Of a DNA stretch of 58,913 nucleotides, positions 1-10,407 are shown piece after piece (position 1 is the stretch's first letter; each line of letters opens with the position of its first letter). Source of the DNA: a virus (Duplodnaviria; Caudoviricetes); IMG/VR virus record IMGVR_UViG_3300017747_002695, positions 1-58,913 of that record; one strand, 5' to 3'. The position numbers were made by a program, and so were the translations under genes. The notes under the pieces are model-generated. The model saw nothing but the letters and a program-made list of their open reading frames with translations. It had not been told where the DNA came from and did not search any database.

Positions 1-123
1 CAGTCTGCGAAGTGACAGCAATAGATAAAGTTATCTTTGCTGATGGTGATGAACGGCAGGGAATTAGAAAGTTTACGTATGATGATAGCGCTTACTTTTA
101 AATAGGAGAATATGGAATGATAC
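1..123. repeat. 123-nt direct repeat identical to 58791-58913 (circular assembly overlap)
   Basis: First and last 123 nt match; the repeat cuts through the end of ORF 58583-58891. Confidence 0.9.
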
Positions 124-286
124 GAGATGATGATAATACTAATCATTATTTGTATGGCCATCGGACTAACAGTGCTTGGTATTGGCGAAATAAATATCAT
201 GATTATGGTGATGGCTCGTGGTATTTTCTATGCTATGACAAGCCAACTTATTTTCTTGGACAAATGGAATACATGGAGATCAAAAC

Positions 287-439
287 GTGAAGTAAGAACA
301 ACAAATTAGGCTAGAATTAGAACGTCAACGTAAAGCTGTCAAAGATTATAAAGATTGTATTTACGGTACTGATGGCTATACTTTTTGGAAAGAAGCTGCT
401 ACAATGGTGGCTTGTCTTGAATGGGTATTGGGAGAATAA
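287..439 (+). pseudogene. Small phage gene with in-frame TAA at codon 3
   Basis: GGAG upstream, then GTG AAG TAA and an open frame EQQIRLELERQ...LEWVLGE. Confidence 0.45.
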
Positions 440-1061
440 ACGATGATCAATAATAAACAAGTTGTTGAATTGAGCCATGAGCTAATTGATTGGTTTAAGG
501 AGAAGGGTTGTGATCCTGCTGATGGGTCCATGATTATGCTTAAGCTGATAGCTAATCAATTGGTAGCTAAGACTACTGATATTGCAAAGTTAGATAAAGC
601 GCTTAAGAATGTACATTTGGTGCTTGTGTGCGAAGTAGCCTTGTGTGTGAAAGGTGAACAGTAATGCCCACACTAATTTTTACACCAAAGGAAATACATA
701 TCATTGTCCAGCTTATTCAAGCTACCATTGAAGCTGAGCTAGCTTTTGAGTATGCTAAGGTGAATGAGTTGGAAAGGATTAAAACTAAATTGCAGAATGT
801 GAAGGATTAGGCAAGTGGGCTGGAAATACATAATGTTTGAGAATACTATTTATGACACTAAAATATTGTTTCCTGTTATTTTTCCTGATAAGATGGTGCA
901 TAAGGAAGTTGCGCTAATGTTGCGTTATTGTCAGCCGGGTTGGCATAAAGGAGGAGTTAAGGCTGTGTCTGCTGGCATGATTGAGCACGTTATTGTGGAA
1001 GGCTTGCACGGTTCTAGTGAAACTTTAAATTTAGAAAGTAAAGAAAGCGATGCGTCGGTAA

Positions 1062-1697
1062 TTGATGCTTACAGCTATACTCATGGAATACTATAAAGGA
1101 GACACAACTATGAATTGGTCAAAGGAATGGCCTAAGAATAATGTTTGGCTAGGTGGCTCACCGTCTGGTAGTAAAACTGATCCACTACCAAAAGAGCCTT
1201 TTATTAACAAAGGTCAGTATGGTAAGTTTAACACTGAGCTTACTGCTTGGCCTGTAGCTGAAGTACAGCCTCCTAATGGAGTGAAGCAATCTTGGCCTAC
1301 CCCTAATCCTGTAACTGATCCTGTAGCTTTTGTAGAAGCTTTGGGAGAGAAATTAGGATGGCCTAGTATGGAGACGTATCAAAAAGAATACGAACAGGTT
1401 ATGAATAAAATTGCATTAACTGGAACTGGAGTTGTCTTGACTACAATTGAAAATGGCTCTATTGTACAGAAGATTGTTGATCCATCTGTATATCACAATG
1501 AGGAACCTACCCATGATCCTTATAGCAATCCTAATGCTCGTATTTATTATGAGTGCAATTGCGGAGCGATACTTGATCCGTGTACAAAGAGTTTTGCCGC
1601 ATTAAATAATGCAGCAAGTGAAGCTGGTTGGAAAGTGCGATGGAATCACGATGGTTATCAATCATATTGCGTTGAGTGTGGGAAGGATGTAGAATGA
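1062..1697 (+). CDS. Hypothetical protein with C-terminal Zn-ribbon-like motif
   Basis: ECNCG...YCVECG; likely start at MNWSK after AAGGAG. Confidence 0.6.
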   Translation: MMLTAILMEYYKGDTTMNWSKEWPKNNVWLGGSPSGSKTDPLPKEPFINKGQYGKFNTELTAWPVAEVQPPNGVKQSWPTPNPVTDPVAFVEALGEKLGWPSMETYQKEYEQVMNKIALTGTGVVLTTIENGSIVQKIVDPSVYHNEEPTHDPYSNPNARIYYECNCGAILDPCTKSFAALNNAASEAGWKVRWNHDGYQSYCVECGKDVE

Positions 1698-2964
1698 TGA
1701 TTGCTATAGGCTCTATTGTATTTACTATAGCTTTATCTGTTCCATTTGGATACCATGAGGCTGATGGAAGTTGCTTACAATTTAAAGATTACCCTGAGCT
1801 TGGGGAAGTGCTTCATACTGACTATAATTTCTGGCCTTATGGTTTATGTAAAGGTGGATTTAGATTGCCCGATTTGCGATCTAAAAATTGGAAAATTGGC
1901 GATCCAGTTGCTTGGATAAAAATTAAATAAATCGATTGATGGAAATTAAAATGAAGCAGTACCGTATTAGAACTGAAACTAAAGATAATACTACACATTG
2001 GTCTGAATGGCGTAGTCTAAATACTCCGCTTAAAGATCATGATATATTGACTGTCCAGTTTAATGAGGCTCTTACGGTTAAGGAGAGCACAGAATTTTTT
2101 AAGCACTTCATTGATGTAGTGTGAGCTACATCATGCAATCTTGCTCAGTATTAGAAATTTTAAATAACCCTGATCGCTTGGCTTATAAATTTAAACTTCA
2201 GCGATTGTATGATACAATAAGAAAAGAGTTGACATTGCGTTTAGTTGAGGATGTACTTAGAGGTAACATTTAAGGAGATTTGTTATGACGCGAGATGAAG
2301 CAATTGAAGTAGAGCTTAAGCATCTTACTAATTTTGGCATGGATAGAGTAAGAAAGCGTGAACTTGCTACGGCTAATATTGATACTCTTATTGAGCTTGG
2401 CTTGCTGAAGGTTGATACGCCTCTACCAAAGCTAAAAATTCAAAGTATGGGTTCGCAACTACTCTTTAGTTCGTATAAGGGAGGACAGTTGCATGTAACC
2501 CCAATTGTAAATCAAGTAGGCGATACAATTTCGCTTCAATTACATCAAGTACAATCCCTTATTAAATTTCTAAATGAATGGATAGCTAATGATTAGCATC
2601 AGTCATAGCCATCATCCTGCTAGGAGAGAAGGTAAATCATTAGCAGGATTGCTTGTCATTAAATATGCATTGGCTAGTAACCAGTCTTTGCTAATAGGTT
2701 CATCCAATGTTAATGCATTGTATGATAAGATTAAATCTTTATACCCTGATGCTAATTTAAAAAAGCTGCCTAATGGTGTGTTAGTTGAAAGGACTGGCAA
2801 TGCTAAAGTTTGACAAGATCGATTATTGTTTAATGGTCGGTTGTTTGCTGTGTTTGATTTTGTTCTTTTATACAGTGTCTACATCTTATCATGCTTGATA
2901 GAGAAGCAGTTTTGCTGTTGATAGCTATGGTTGGATTAGCTATAGCTTTAGCAGCCTAAAGAAT

Positions 2965-3078
2965 AGAGTACAGCGTCGCAAATGGCAGCAGCTATGAAGT
3001 CATAAGGGTGCTACTCCACTCAAAATAAGCTATCTGAAATTCCGGCTGTACTCTGAGGCTTGGTGCGGTAAGATAGCT
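2965..3078 (+). ncRNA. Candidate pseudoknotted intergenic RNA
   Basis: 10-bp stem 2965-2974/3045-3054 crossed by 8-bp stem 3028-3035/3071-3078. Confidence 0.4.
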
Positions 3079-4115
3079 ATTCATGCACTTTAATTTTCAA
3101 TATAGGAATACAAAATGTGTGTAGATGGACCCGGCTTTGCTGGTTTTGGAATGTTCATGATGATTGCTATTTGTTATGTAGCAGATAGGTATTTTAAATA
3201 TAAGAAGGATACTCATAATGGATCATGAGATGATTGAACGGTGCAGAGATAAGCTTTGGAATAAGCATTGCCCCGGCATTAGACGTACTGATGAAGATGA
3301 CCAATTTTATATAGATACTATAATTGAAATAATTAAAGCTATGCGTGAGCCTACTGAAAAGATGATAGCTGCCGCTTTGCATGATTATATGTATCGTGAA
3401 AAGAATAAGCAATCTTGGAATGGTACTGCAATGTATAAAGCTATGATTGATGCTATCGTTGGTGACAAATGAATTCTGAATTAGATGAAGTTATCCGACA
3501 TGCTGTAATGGCAAATCATGATGGAGAATTGAAAGCTATTGCTATTGTAATGATAGCTAATGGTGAACCTGAATTGCATATGGCTGTCAGAACTGATGTT
3601 GCCCACGAAATGAATAGTGGGGCTGATATGCTGAAATCTGAAATGCTTAAACTACTGGCTGAGCGATTTGAGAATAAAGGAAAAAGAGAATGATTAAACG
3701 ATTTATTTATATACTAGATAACTGGCTTACTGTATGTGAGCTTTTTGATTTGCGTTATTGCGAAAAATATAATGAGGAGTGGCTACCATGGAGGCTATAG
3801 GAGCATGGTTAGTTATCATAGCAGTTGCGCTAGGCGTGATTGGTATATTTGGTCATATGAATAATTACAATAATCGTTATCCTGTGTATTTTATTGCTAT
3901 CGCATTAGTGTTAGGGTTGATAGCGGAGTTTATGACATGAGCAACCCAACTGATAGTGCACTGATGGCTAGGATTAAGGAATTGGAGGAGGCTTTGCGGC
4001 CATTTGCTGAAGCAGCAGATGAATTTGATGCGTCTAATCCTGCTGACTTTATGCAGCTAGATGCTGGTGGCATTTGTGTTGGTGATTTGCGTAAAGCTAG
4101 ACAGGTATTAGACCT

Positions 4116-4589
4116 ATGACATGGGGGAATCCGCCACCATTCGTTCCTGATCCTCCTAAGAAGGGGAAAAAGATTACTCCTGAGATGTTGGCGGCGTCTG
4201 GCAGCGAAGATGGACACCAGATGGCGGTTTTTTGCTGGGCTGCTGATAATTGTGGACAATACCCTTTGTTGGAGTTGTATCACGCAATTCCTAATGGCGG
4301 TAGTCGTCATGTATTAGAAGCTATAAAGATGGTAGGAGCAGGACTACGTAAAGGTGTATGGGATACGTTCTTGCCTGTGCCAATTCAAACTGAATGGGCT
4401 AAAATGTATGCTGGTCTATATATCGAGATGAAAGAAGAAAGCAAGCGCACTAAAAAAGATGGCGGATTGACTGCTGAGCAGATAGAATTTGGTGCATTTG
4501 CTGTTAAGATGGGATATTATTGCAAAGTTTGCTATAATTGGATGGAAGCTAGAGATACGTTGATTGCTTATTTGGAGGGGAACTTATGA
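4116..4589 (+). CDS. VRR-NUC family nuclease
   Basis: AIPNGG...G-x-x-x-G-V-x-D...LYIEMK...L-x-x-x-Q motifs. Confidence 0.8.
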   Translation: MTWGNPPPFVPDPPKKGKKITPEMLAASGSEDGHQMAVFCWAADNCGQYPLLELYHAIPNGGSRHVLEAIKMVGAGLRKGVWDTFLPVPIQTEWAKMYAGLYIEMKEESKRTKKDGGLTAEQIEFGAFAVKMGYYCKVCYNWMEARDTLIAYLEGNL

Positions 4590-4890
4590 CTGTGCTAATT
4601 AAAGATATGACACGCCGTCAAGCTGCTGAAAAGCTTCATGGGATTGAGCATCCTGAAACAATCATTCAGGCTTTGGAAGTGCTAGGAGTGATTAAGTTTG
4701 AAAATATTAAACCTAGAATAGATTGGGCTGCTCCTTTAAAGCTTGAAACTTATGAAGGAACTAGGCGCGTTCTATACCTTAATTTAAATATGCAAAATAA
4801 GCGTATTGTTGAAATTCAAGGCGATCCAGAGTATAGAGAAGTGGATAATAATGGCTATATTACTGGCTATGATGCTTGGCTAGAAAACAC

Positions 4891-4917
4891 TTGACTTAAA
4901 TAATTAAACCGTATAAA
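4891..4917 (+). promoter_or_regulatory. Repeated phage promoter motif TTGAC-N12/13-(C/A)CGT
   Basis: TTGACTTAAATAATTAAACCGTATA; related copies at 5547, 6499, 12822, 24939(-), 56626, 56851, 57499. Confidence 0.6.
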
Positions 4918-5604
4918 TAGGCTTTGTACCTACAAAGGAGCAAGTCTATGACTGAAGTTGTGACTTATTATTCAGCAAATGCGAAGCCTAAAGAACGTTG
5001 GCTGGCTTACGCTATTCTTCCTGATGGTAATCAATGGCAAGTTCGTTTTACTGGAGAAACTGAAGAAGTCGCCAAAAGTAAGGCTATTCGGTTGTATGAA
5101 GCTGAACTAGCTAAATATGCTGGTGGTGAGCATAAGCCAGTTGAGCAAAAGCCTTCTGATGGTTGGTCTGCTGGAGCTAACCCTTGGCCAGTTTCTCAAG
5201 GTCGCGGCGCTCATTTCGCTGGTAAGGCTTGGCTGATCCATAAGGAAACCCGTCAAAAGATTAGGGTTCCTGTTGAGCAAGTTGAGCAGTATTTGGGTGA
5301 ATATGAACGCGGTGGCCCTAGGAGCAAGTGAAATGAAAACATCATTTGGCGTAGTAGCTAGACCTAAAGTTCCTGATGGCTATAATGGAGTTTGGATAAA
5401 TATTTATATAGTAGGTGGAGGACGTTCTAAGCGTATTCATGCTGGAGGAGCGTACCCCAAACGATATATGGCTGACGCCATAGCTAAATCTTGGAGAAAA
5501 GATTGTGTTTTTGTCATAGCCAAGATTAAATAATTAAATTGATTGCTTGACACCATAGAATTGAACGTATAAACAAGCTCCATATCAACAATGGAGCTTG
5601 TTTC

Positions 5605-6264
5605 ATGAACGCCGCACGCAAAAAGATGCTTGATCGTATTCGCGCCATGATGAATGGCGAGGGGCGGACAGAAGCAGAAATGATGGCGTTCCTTGCTAAG
5701 GCAAGGGAATTGATGGCTACTTATGAAATTGATGAAGCTGAGCTTAATGCTGCTGAGCAGGAAAATGTAAACTTTCATAAGGCTGCAGCTCAAGACCCTT
5801 ATCAAATTAAGTGGCAGTTGTCTAAGTTTGTGGGTAAGTTCACCCGCTGCGCTTGCTGGGCTGGCAATGATCGGATTATTAATTTTGCTGGTCTGGAAAG
5901 CGATATCATTTTTGCAACTTGGTTGCTTGATACACTTCAGCGATTTGTTATGCGCGCACTGCGAAAGCATCAGGGTGAATTAATCTCTAAAGGTGCTTAT
6001 CATAGCAACAATCTAACCTCAGCTAGTTTTGTTGCTGGCTGCACTGCTCGCATTTGCGAAAAGCTTAAGGAGCTTACGCCAGTTGAAGCAACGGTTAATG
6101 CGCTAGTGTTGGCTGAGATGGCTAAGAATGGCATTGTGCTGCGTGCACGTAGAGCTAGCCAAAAAGATATTCACGCTGCTTCTTATGGCGCCGGTAGTGA
6201 TGCTGGAGCTAATGCTAGGTTTGATAGGCCGGTTAATCAATCTAGCCAAAGATATCTTAAATAA
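5605..6264 (+). CDS. DUF2786-like protein
   Basis: N-terminal KMLDRIRAMM...TEAE...AKARELMATY; C-terminal SFVAG...YGAG. Confidence 0.7.
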   Translation: MNAARKKMLDRIRAMMNGEGRTEAEMMAFLAKARELMATYEIDEAELNAAEQENVNFHKAAAQDPYQIKWQLSKFVGKFTRCACWAGNDRIINFAGLESDIIFATWLLDTLQRFVMRALRKHQGELISKGAYHSNNLTSASFVAGCTARICEKLKELTPVEATVNALVLAEMAKNGIVLRARRASQKDIHAASYGAGSDAGANARFDRPVNQSSQRYLK

Positions 6265-6553
6265 TTTAACAAAGGGGTTGACATTAGTTTGTCAGCCCTT
6301 TATTGTATAAAAATCAACTGATGGAGAGATAATATGCTTAGATTTTCTGTTAGAGCTGAATTGGTAGAAGGAAACGCTTCTGTGAGTGAACTTGCAGAAT
6401 TTGACGCCTTGAGCCAAGAGCAATTTGAGCTTTGGTTTAAGCTTTGCTATGAGGGTGAGCTTGTAAAAGCTTATCCTGATTATAAATAAAATAACTGATT
6501 GACAATTAACTGGTGCCCGTCCATATTCAAAATACACCAACCACAAAAGTGTT

Positions 6554-7081
6554 ATGAACTCAGGCATCTATAAAATTCTAAATAAAGTTAATGGCAAATT
6601 CTATATTGGAAGTGCCAAAAACTTTAATAAACGTTGGTGGGTCCATCGCAGCTTATTGCGAGCGAATAAGCACCACTGTGAGCATTTGCAAGCAGCATGG
6701 AATAAATATTGGGAACAGTCATTTGAGTTTGTAATACTTGAGTGCTGTGAAATAAAAGATTTAACTGAGCGCGAACAGCATTGGTTAAATAAAACTAGAT
6801 GCTTTAAGCGAAATTTTGGATATAATGCTTGCGCTGTAGCTGGAAACACTATAGGTTATAAACACACTGAAGAATTTAAAGCATGGCAAGCTGAGAGAGT
6901 TACAGGTAATAAGCATTCTTTAGAAACTCGCGCTAAAATGTCAGCGTCTCATAAAAATAGACCAAAAGTTAGCGAAGAAACTAAAGCTAGAATATCTAAA
7001 GGTAAAACTGGTAAATATCGAATACAGCTAGATTATTCAAAACCTCCACTAACCAAAAAGGACGATGGATCATGGCATTGA
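6554..7081 (+). CDS. GIY-YIG homing endonuclease with NUMOD3-like repeats
   Basis: SGIYKI...FYIGSA...R...E...GYN; KHSLETRAKMS repeats. Confidence 0.9.
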   Translation: MNSGIYKILNKVNGKFYIGSAKNFNKRWWVHRSLLRANKHHCEHLQAAWNKYWEQSFEFVILECCEIKDLTEREQHWLNKTRCFKRNFGYNACAVAGNTIGYKHTEEFKAWQAERVTGNKHSLETRAKMSASHKNRPKVSEETKARISKGKTGKYRIQLDYSKPPLTKKDDGSWH

Positions 7082-7908
7082 AAGATTTTTCAGAGGGTAG
7101 GAGCGATGTATATAAAGTGGACCCCCGCAAGCTTCAGATCAAGTCTGACTGGAACAGCCGGGATTTCACTGATCCTGCCAACATTGCCCACATTAACGAG
7201 CTTGCTGCTTCAATTGAGCAAGTTGGCGTTCGGGAACCGCTTAAGGTTTACGTTGAAAATGATGTGCCGTATATTACTAATGGTGAATGCCGCTACCGCG
7301 CTGTAATGCTCCTGATTGAGCGCGGCGTTGAAATCAAAACTGTTCCGGTGATCGGAGAGGATCGCCTTGGCAATGAAGCTGATCGCCTGTTCACTCAGTT
7401 TATCTCTAACTCTGGTAAGCAGTTTAGCGCTATCGAGAATGCAAAGCTGTTCAAGCGTCTGCTTGATATGGGTTGGCAGCAGAATGATATCGCTAAAAAG
7501 ACTGGCTTCTCTGGTGGTCGCGTTTCGCAGCTTTTGGAACTGTTGACTTTGCCAATCAGCCTTCAGAAGATTATTACTGAAGGTAAGGCTTCAGCATCAA
7601 TGGTTCTTAATGTTTTTAAGAAGCACAAGGGCGATGAAGTGGCTGCGCTGGCTGAGCTTATGGGGGCCGTTGCGGTGGCTGCTGAGCAGGGCCGCAAGCG
7701 CGCTATGCCAAAGGATACTGGCGGCGAAGGCGAAGGCGCTGGCGGGGCTGGCAAGAGCGGGGAGAAGGGTTCTAGCCTCAAGTCCTATATCAAGTCGCTG
7801 GTGGCTAAGGCTTATGCTGATGAGCGCATTGACGATACCGAAAGCATGGTTACGATGAGCCTGTCTGAAGATGATTGGGCTGAATTGATGGAGAAGATTG
7901 ACTATTGA
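7072..7908 (+). CDS. ParB/Srx-domain DNA-binding protein with HTH
   Basis: LAASIEQVGVREPL...ITNGECRYRA; HTH WQQNDIAKKTGFSGGRVSQLL. Confidence 0.8.
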   Translation: MALKDFSEGRSDVYKVDPRKLQIKSDWNSRDFTDPANIAHINELAASIEQVGVREPLKVYVENDVPYITNGECRYRAVMLLIERGVEIKTVPVIGEDRLGNEADRLFTQFISNSGKQFSAIENAKLFKRLLDMGWQQNDIAKKTGFSGGRVSQLLELLTLPISLQKIITEGKASASMVLNVFKKHKGDEVAALAELMGAVAVAAEQGRKRAMPKDTGGEGEGAGGAGKSGEKGSSLKSYIKSLVAKAYADERIDDTESMVTMSLSEDDWAELMEKIDY

Positions 7909-7916
7909 GTTAACAT

Positions 7917-7949
7917 GGCAGGGGTGAAGTAGCCCCTGCTTTAACTTTT
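7917..7949 (+). terminator. Intrinsic terminator
   Basis: GGCAGGGG/CCCCTGCT hairpin plus T-rich tail. Confidence 0.6.
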
Positions 7950-8163
7950 AATGGGATGGAGTTTTTATGCCAAAACGTATTCCAATTTCAACAGCTAAAA
8001 TGGTAGCTGAAAAGCATGATTTGAAACAAGTTTTGCTGATAGGTTATGATGGAGATTTAGTTCATATCGTAACATATGGTAAAACTAAAATAGATTGTGA
8101 AATGGCAGCTAAAGCTCAAGATTTTTGGCAAGGTAAAATTAAAGAATTTTCATTTAAAGGTGA

Positions 8164-8379
8164 TTGATGCGCCAGCCAGAACATATAGAAGCTGCAAAAG
8201 CTGAAGCAGAAAGGCTAGGTGCTACACTGGAACTAGTATCTGGTGGAAAGCATCTAAAAGGACGGATTAGGTATAATGGCAAGTGTCGGATGACTTCATT
8301 TTCACTGAGCCCTAGTCGGCTGGCTTGCTATCAGACTATCAAGTATATAAGAAAAGCTGTAAAAGAAATGATGGAGTAG
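8164..8379 (+). CDS. Small protein, possibly HicA-like fold
   Basis: Helix-LG-strand-GGKH-strand...S-x-SPS pattern. Confidence 0.35.
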   Translation: MMRQPEHIEAAKAEAERLGATLELVSGGKHLKGRIRYNGKCRMTSFSLSPSRLACYQTIKYIRKAVKEMME

Positions 8380-8870
8380 TTGATATGGAACTTATGATTT
8401 GGGCTGGTCAAGCTGCTAAAGGTGTTGCTATTTTTGGCAGCTTGACTATTGTGGGGATCAGTTTAAAAATTATATTCGGAGGATAGCGTGGTAAAATATT
8501 TTACATACGTTAGAGGGAACCATGGTCCTGAAGCTCAGATTTGGTACGGTGAGCTTACTGATGGTGGAGGTAAAGCTAAAGCTAACTTAGAGCCTCTTGT
8601 CAAGCTTGGTGATGACGATGAGAGAACATTAGCTCAATTGGCTTTAGCCTATCCTGTTGAGGCTGAAAAATGACAAAAAGGCACGATATCGGTTATTACC
8701 TAGATGGCCGCGTATCTGTTGCGTTTTGTAAAGTTTGCTCTGCTGAAGGCGAAAAATTATTTGAGGACTGCCCACAAATTATAGAAATTGAGCTTGACGA
8801 TAGAGGCGATGCGTTCTACATCACAAGTATTGAAAACGAGGAATAATCCTCACCCTAAAGGAAATGTAAA

Positions 8871-9533
8871 ATGTCTGGTGTTGATAAGATTAAGCTTAAG
8901 GAAATTGTTGATGCTACCGCCGCCGCATCTAATGTCTATGTAAGTCAGGCTGTCGGCGCTCCTATGCTGTTGGCTGGTCTGATTGAGGTTAATACTGGCG
9001 TTCTCAATCCGGCTGATCAGACTGAAGCTTTGTGCCGCTCTACTCCTGCGGCTATTGAATATCTGGCTGCTTCTGCTGAACCGGATAAGGTTGCTAGCAA
9101 TTATACCATTCTTAAGAATGTCGCTATTCCTGCTGCTAAGCGACGTGGCAACCCGTCTGGTAATGGCGCACCTACTAAGTACCCGTTTGAAAAGATGGAA
9201 GTTAACGATACCTTCTTTTCAGCTAATAGTGAGCATAAGAAGGGTGATGCCGTTAAGGCTCTTGGTAGCACTATTAGTTCTCAGAATAAGAAGTATTCAA
9301 CTCAGGTTATGGAGAACGGTGTTCCTAAGACTAAGCCTGTCACCCGTGCTGTCCGCGATAAGCAGACGCACAAGGCTGTGCTCAATGCTGATGGCTCTAA
9401 GCAGGTTGAACACGTTGAGCTTCCTGTTCTGGAGTATAGCCGCAAGTTCACCATTCGCCCTGTTGAAAAGGGTGTTGTTTATGGTGGATGGACTGCCCCG
9501 GAAAATGGTGCACTGATCGCACGCATTAAGTAA
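8871..9533 (+). CDS. Putative DNA-binding protein (YPF..M..GD/ND.FF family)
   Basis: KYPFEKMEVNDTFF; C-terminal GALIARIK; paralogous to 11987-12682. Confidence 0.55.
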   Translation: MSGVDKIKLKEIVDATAAASNVYVSQAVGAPMLLAGLIEVNTGVLNPADQTEALCRSTPAAIEYLAASAEPDKVASNYTILKNVAIPAAKRRGNPSGNGAPTKYPFEKMEVNDTFFSANSEHKKGDAVKALGSTISSQNKKYSTQVMENGVPKTKPVTRAVRDKQTHKAVLNADGSKQVEHVELPVLEYSRKFTIRPVEKGVVYGGWTAPENGALIARIK

Positions 9534-9561
9534 TACGAGTTTTATCACGTAACTATACTAT

Positions 9562-9598
9562 GGGGCTGATCGTTTTTACAAACCGTCAGCCCTTTTTT
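9562..9598 (+). terminator. Intrinsic terminator
   Basis: GGGCTGA/TCAGCCC stem followed by T6. Confidence 0.7.
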
Positions 9599-10085
9599 AA
9601 TAATTAATGGGAAATATAAAAATGGAAATCTGGCTTTATATGCTGGTTTGCGTAGCAGCTAGCAATTGCCCAAAAAACCCAATTTATTCATCAAATGTGA
9701 AGTATTCTGAGAGTGCTTGTCGCGAAACTGCTCCAAAAATAGCTATTGCTATGCATTATTCCCAAGGCGGTGATTGGTCATGGAAATGTATTAAAGCTGA
9801 TTACTCACCAAAGGAAATTAAATAATGGTATGGAATAAATATCGCAAAGGCGATGAAAATAAGAGGCTAGATGAGATTAATACTCACTGCCCAATATATG
9901 TATTTCTTATTGATTTAAAAAATAATGATGATGTAGTTGAGACATTTGAGCTTGATTATGCTAACTATGCTGATCGTAAACGTTTAGGTAGGATAACGTT
10001 TTGGGCTATTACTAATGGCCACACTGTCGAAACTATGAATAAGAATGATGCTGAACCTGATATTCAATCTGGAGGCTAATTAAAT

Positions 10086-10295
10086 ATGAAATATGAATGT
10101 CAATTTACATCTACTATGCTTAGCTCAGCATCATATGATGATGAGACACAAGAGCTTACTGTAGTGTTTTCTAATGGCAAGTCCTATACGTATGAAGAAG
10201 TAAGTATCAATACTTATATGGATTTGCGCGATGCTCCTAGCGCTGGTCGCTACTTCAATAGCATAAAATCAAATCTCAAGGCTAAGCTACCATGA
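10086..10295 (+). CDS. KTSC domain protein
   Basis: STMLSSASYD...LTVVFSNGKSYTY..V....Y..L..APSAGRYFN..IK. Confidence 0.9.
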   Translation: MKYECQFTSTMLSSASYDDETQELTVVFSNGKSYTYEEVSINTYMDLRDAPSAGRYFNSIKSNLKAKLP

Positions 10296-10300
10296 GTTTA

Positions 10301-10386
10301 GCGGGCTTGTCGGAATTGGTAGACGATAGGGACTTAAAATCCCTTGCTCTAGTAGCGTGCTGGTTCGAGTCCAGTAGCCCGCACCA
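10301..10386 (+). tRNA. tRNA-Leu(TAA)
   Basis: Acceptor GCGGGCT/AGCCCGC, arm AGGGA-CTTAAAA-TCCCT, long variable arm, GGTTCGAGTCC, CCA. Confidence 0.95.
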
Positions 10387-10407
10387 AATATAAAATGGAG
10401 AATGTAA

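Noticed and set aside
2965-3078. HDV-like ribozyme
   Set aside because: Stem order is similar but no convincing L3/P1.1 or catalytic C in J4/2
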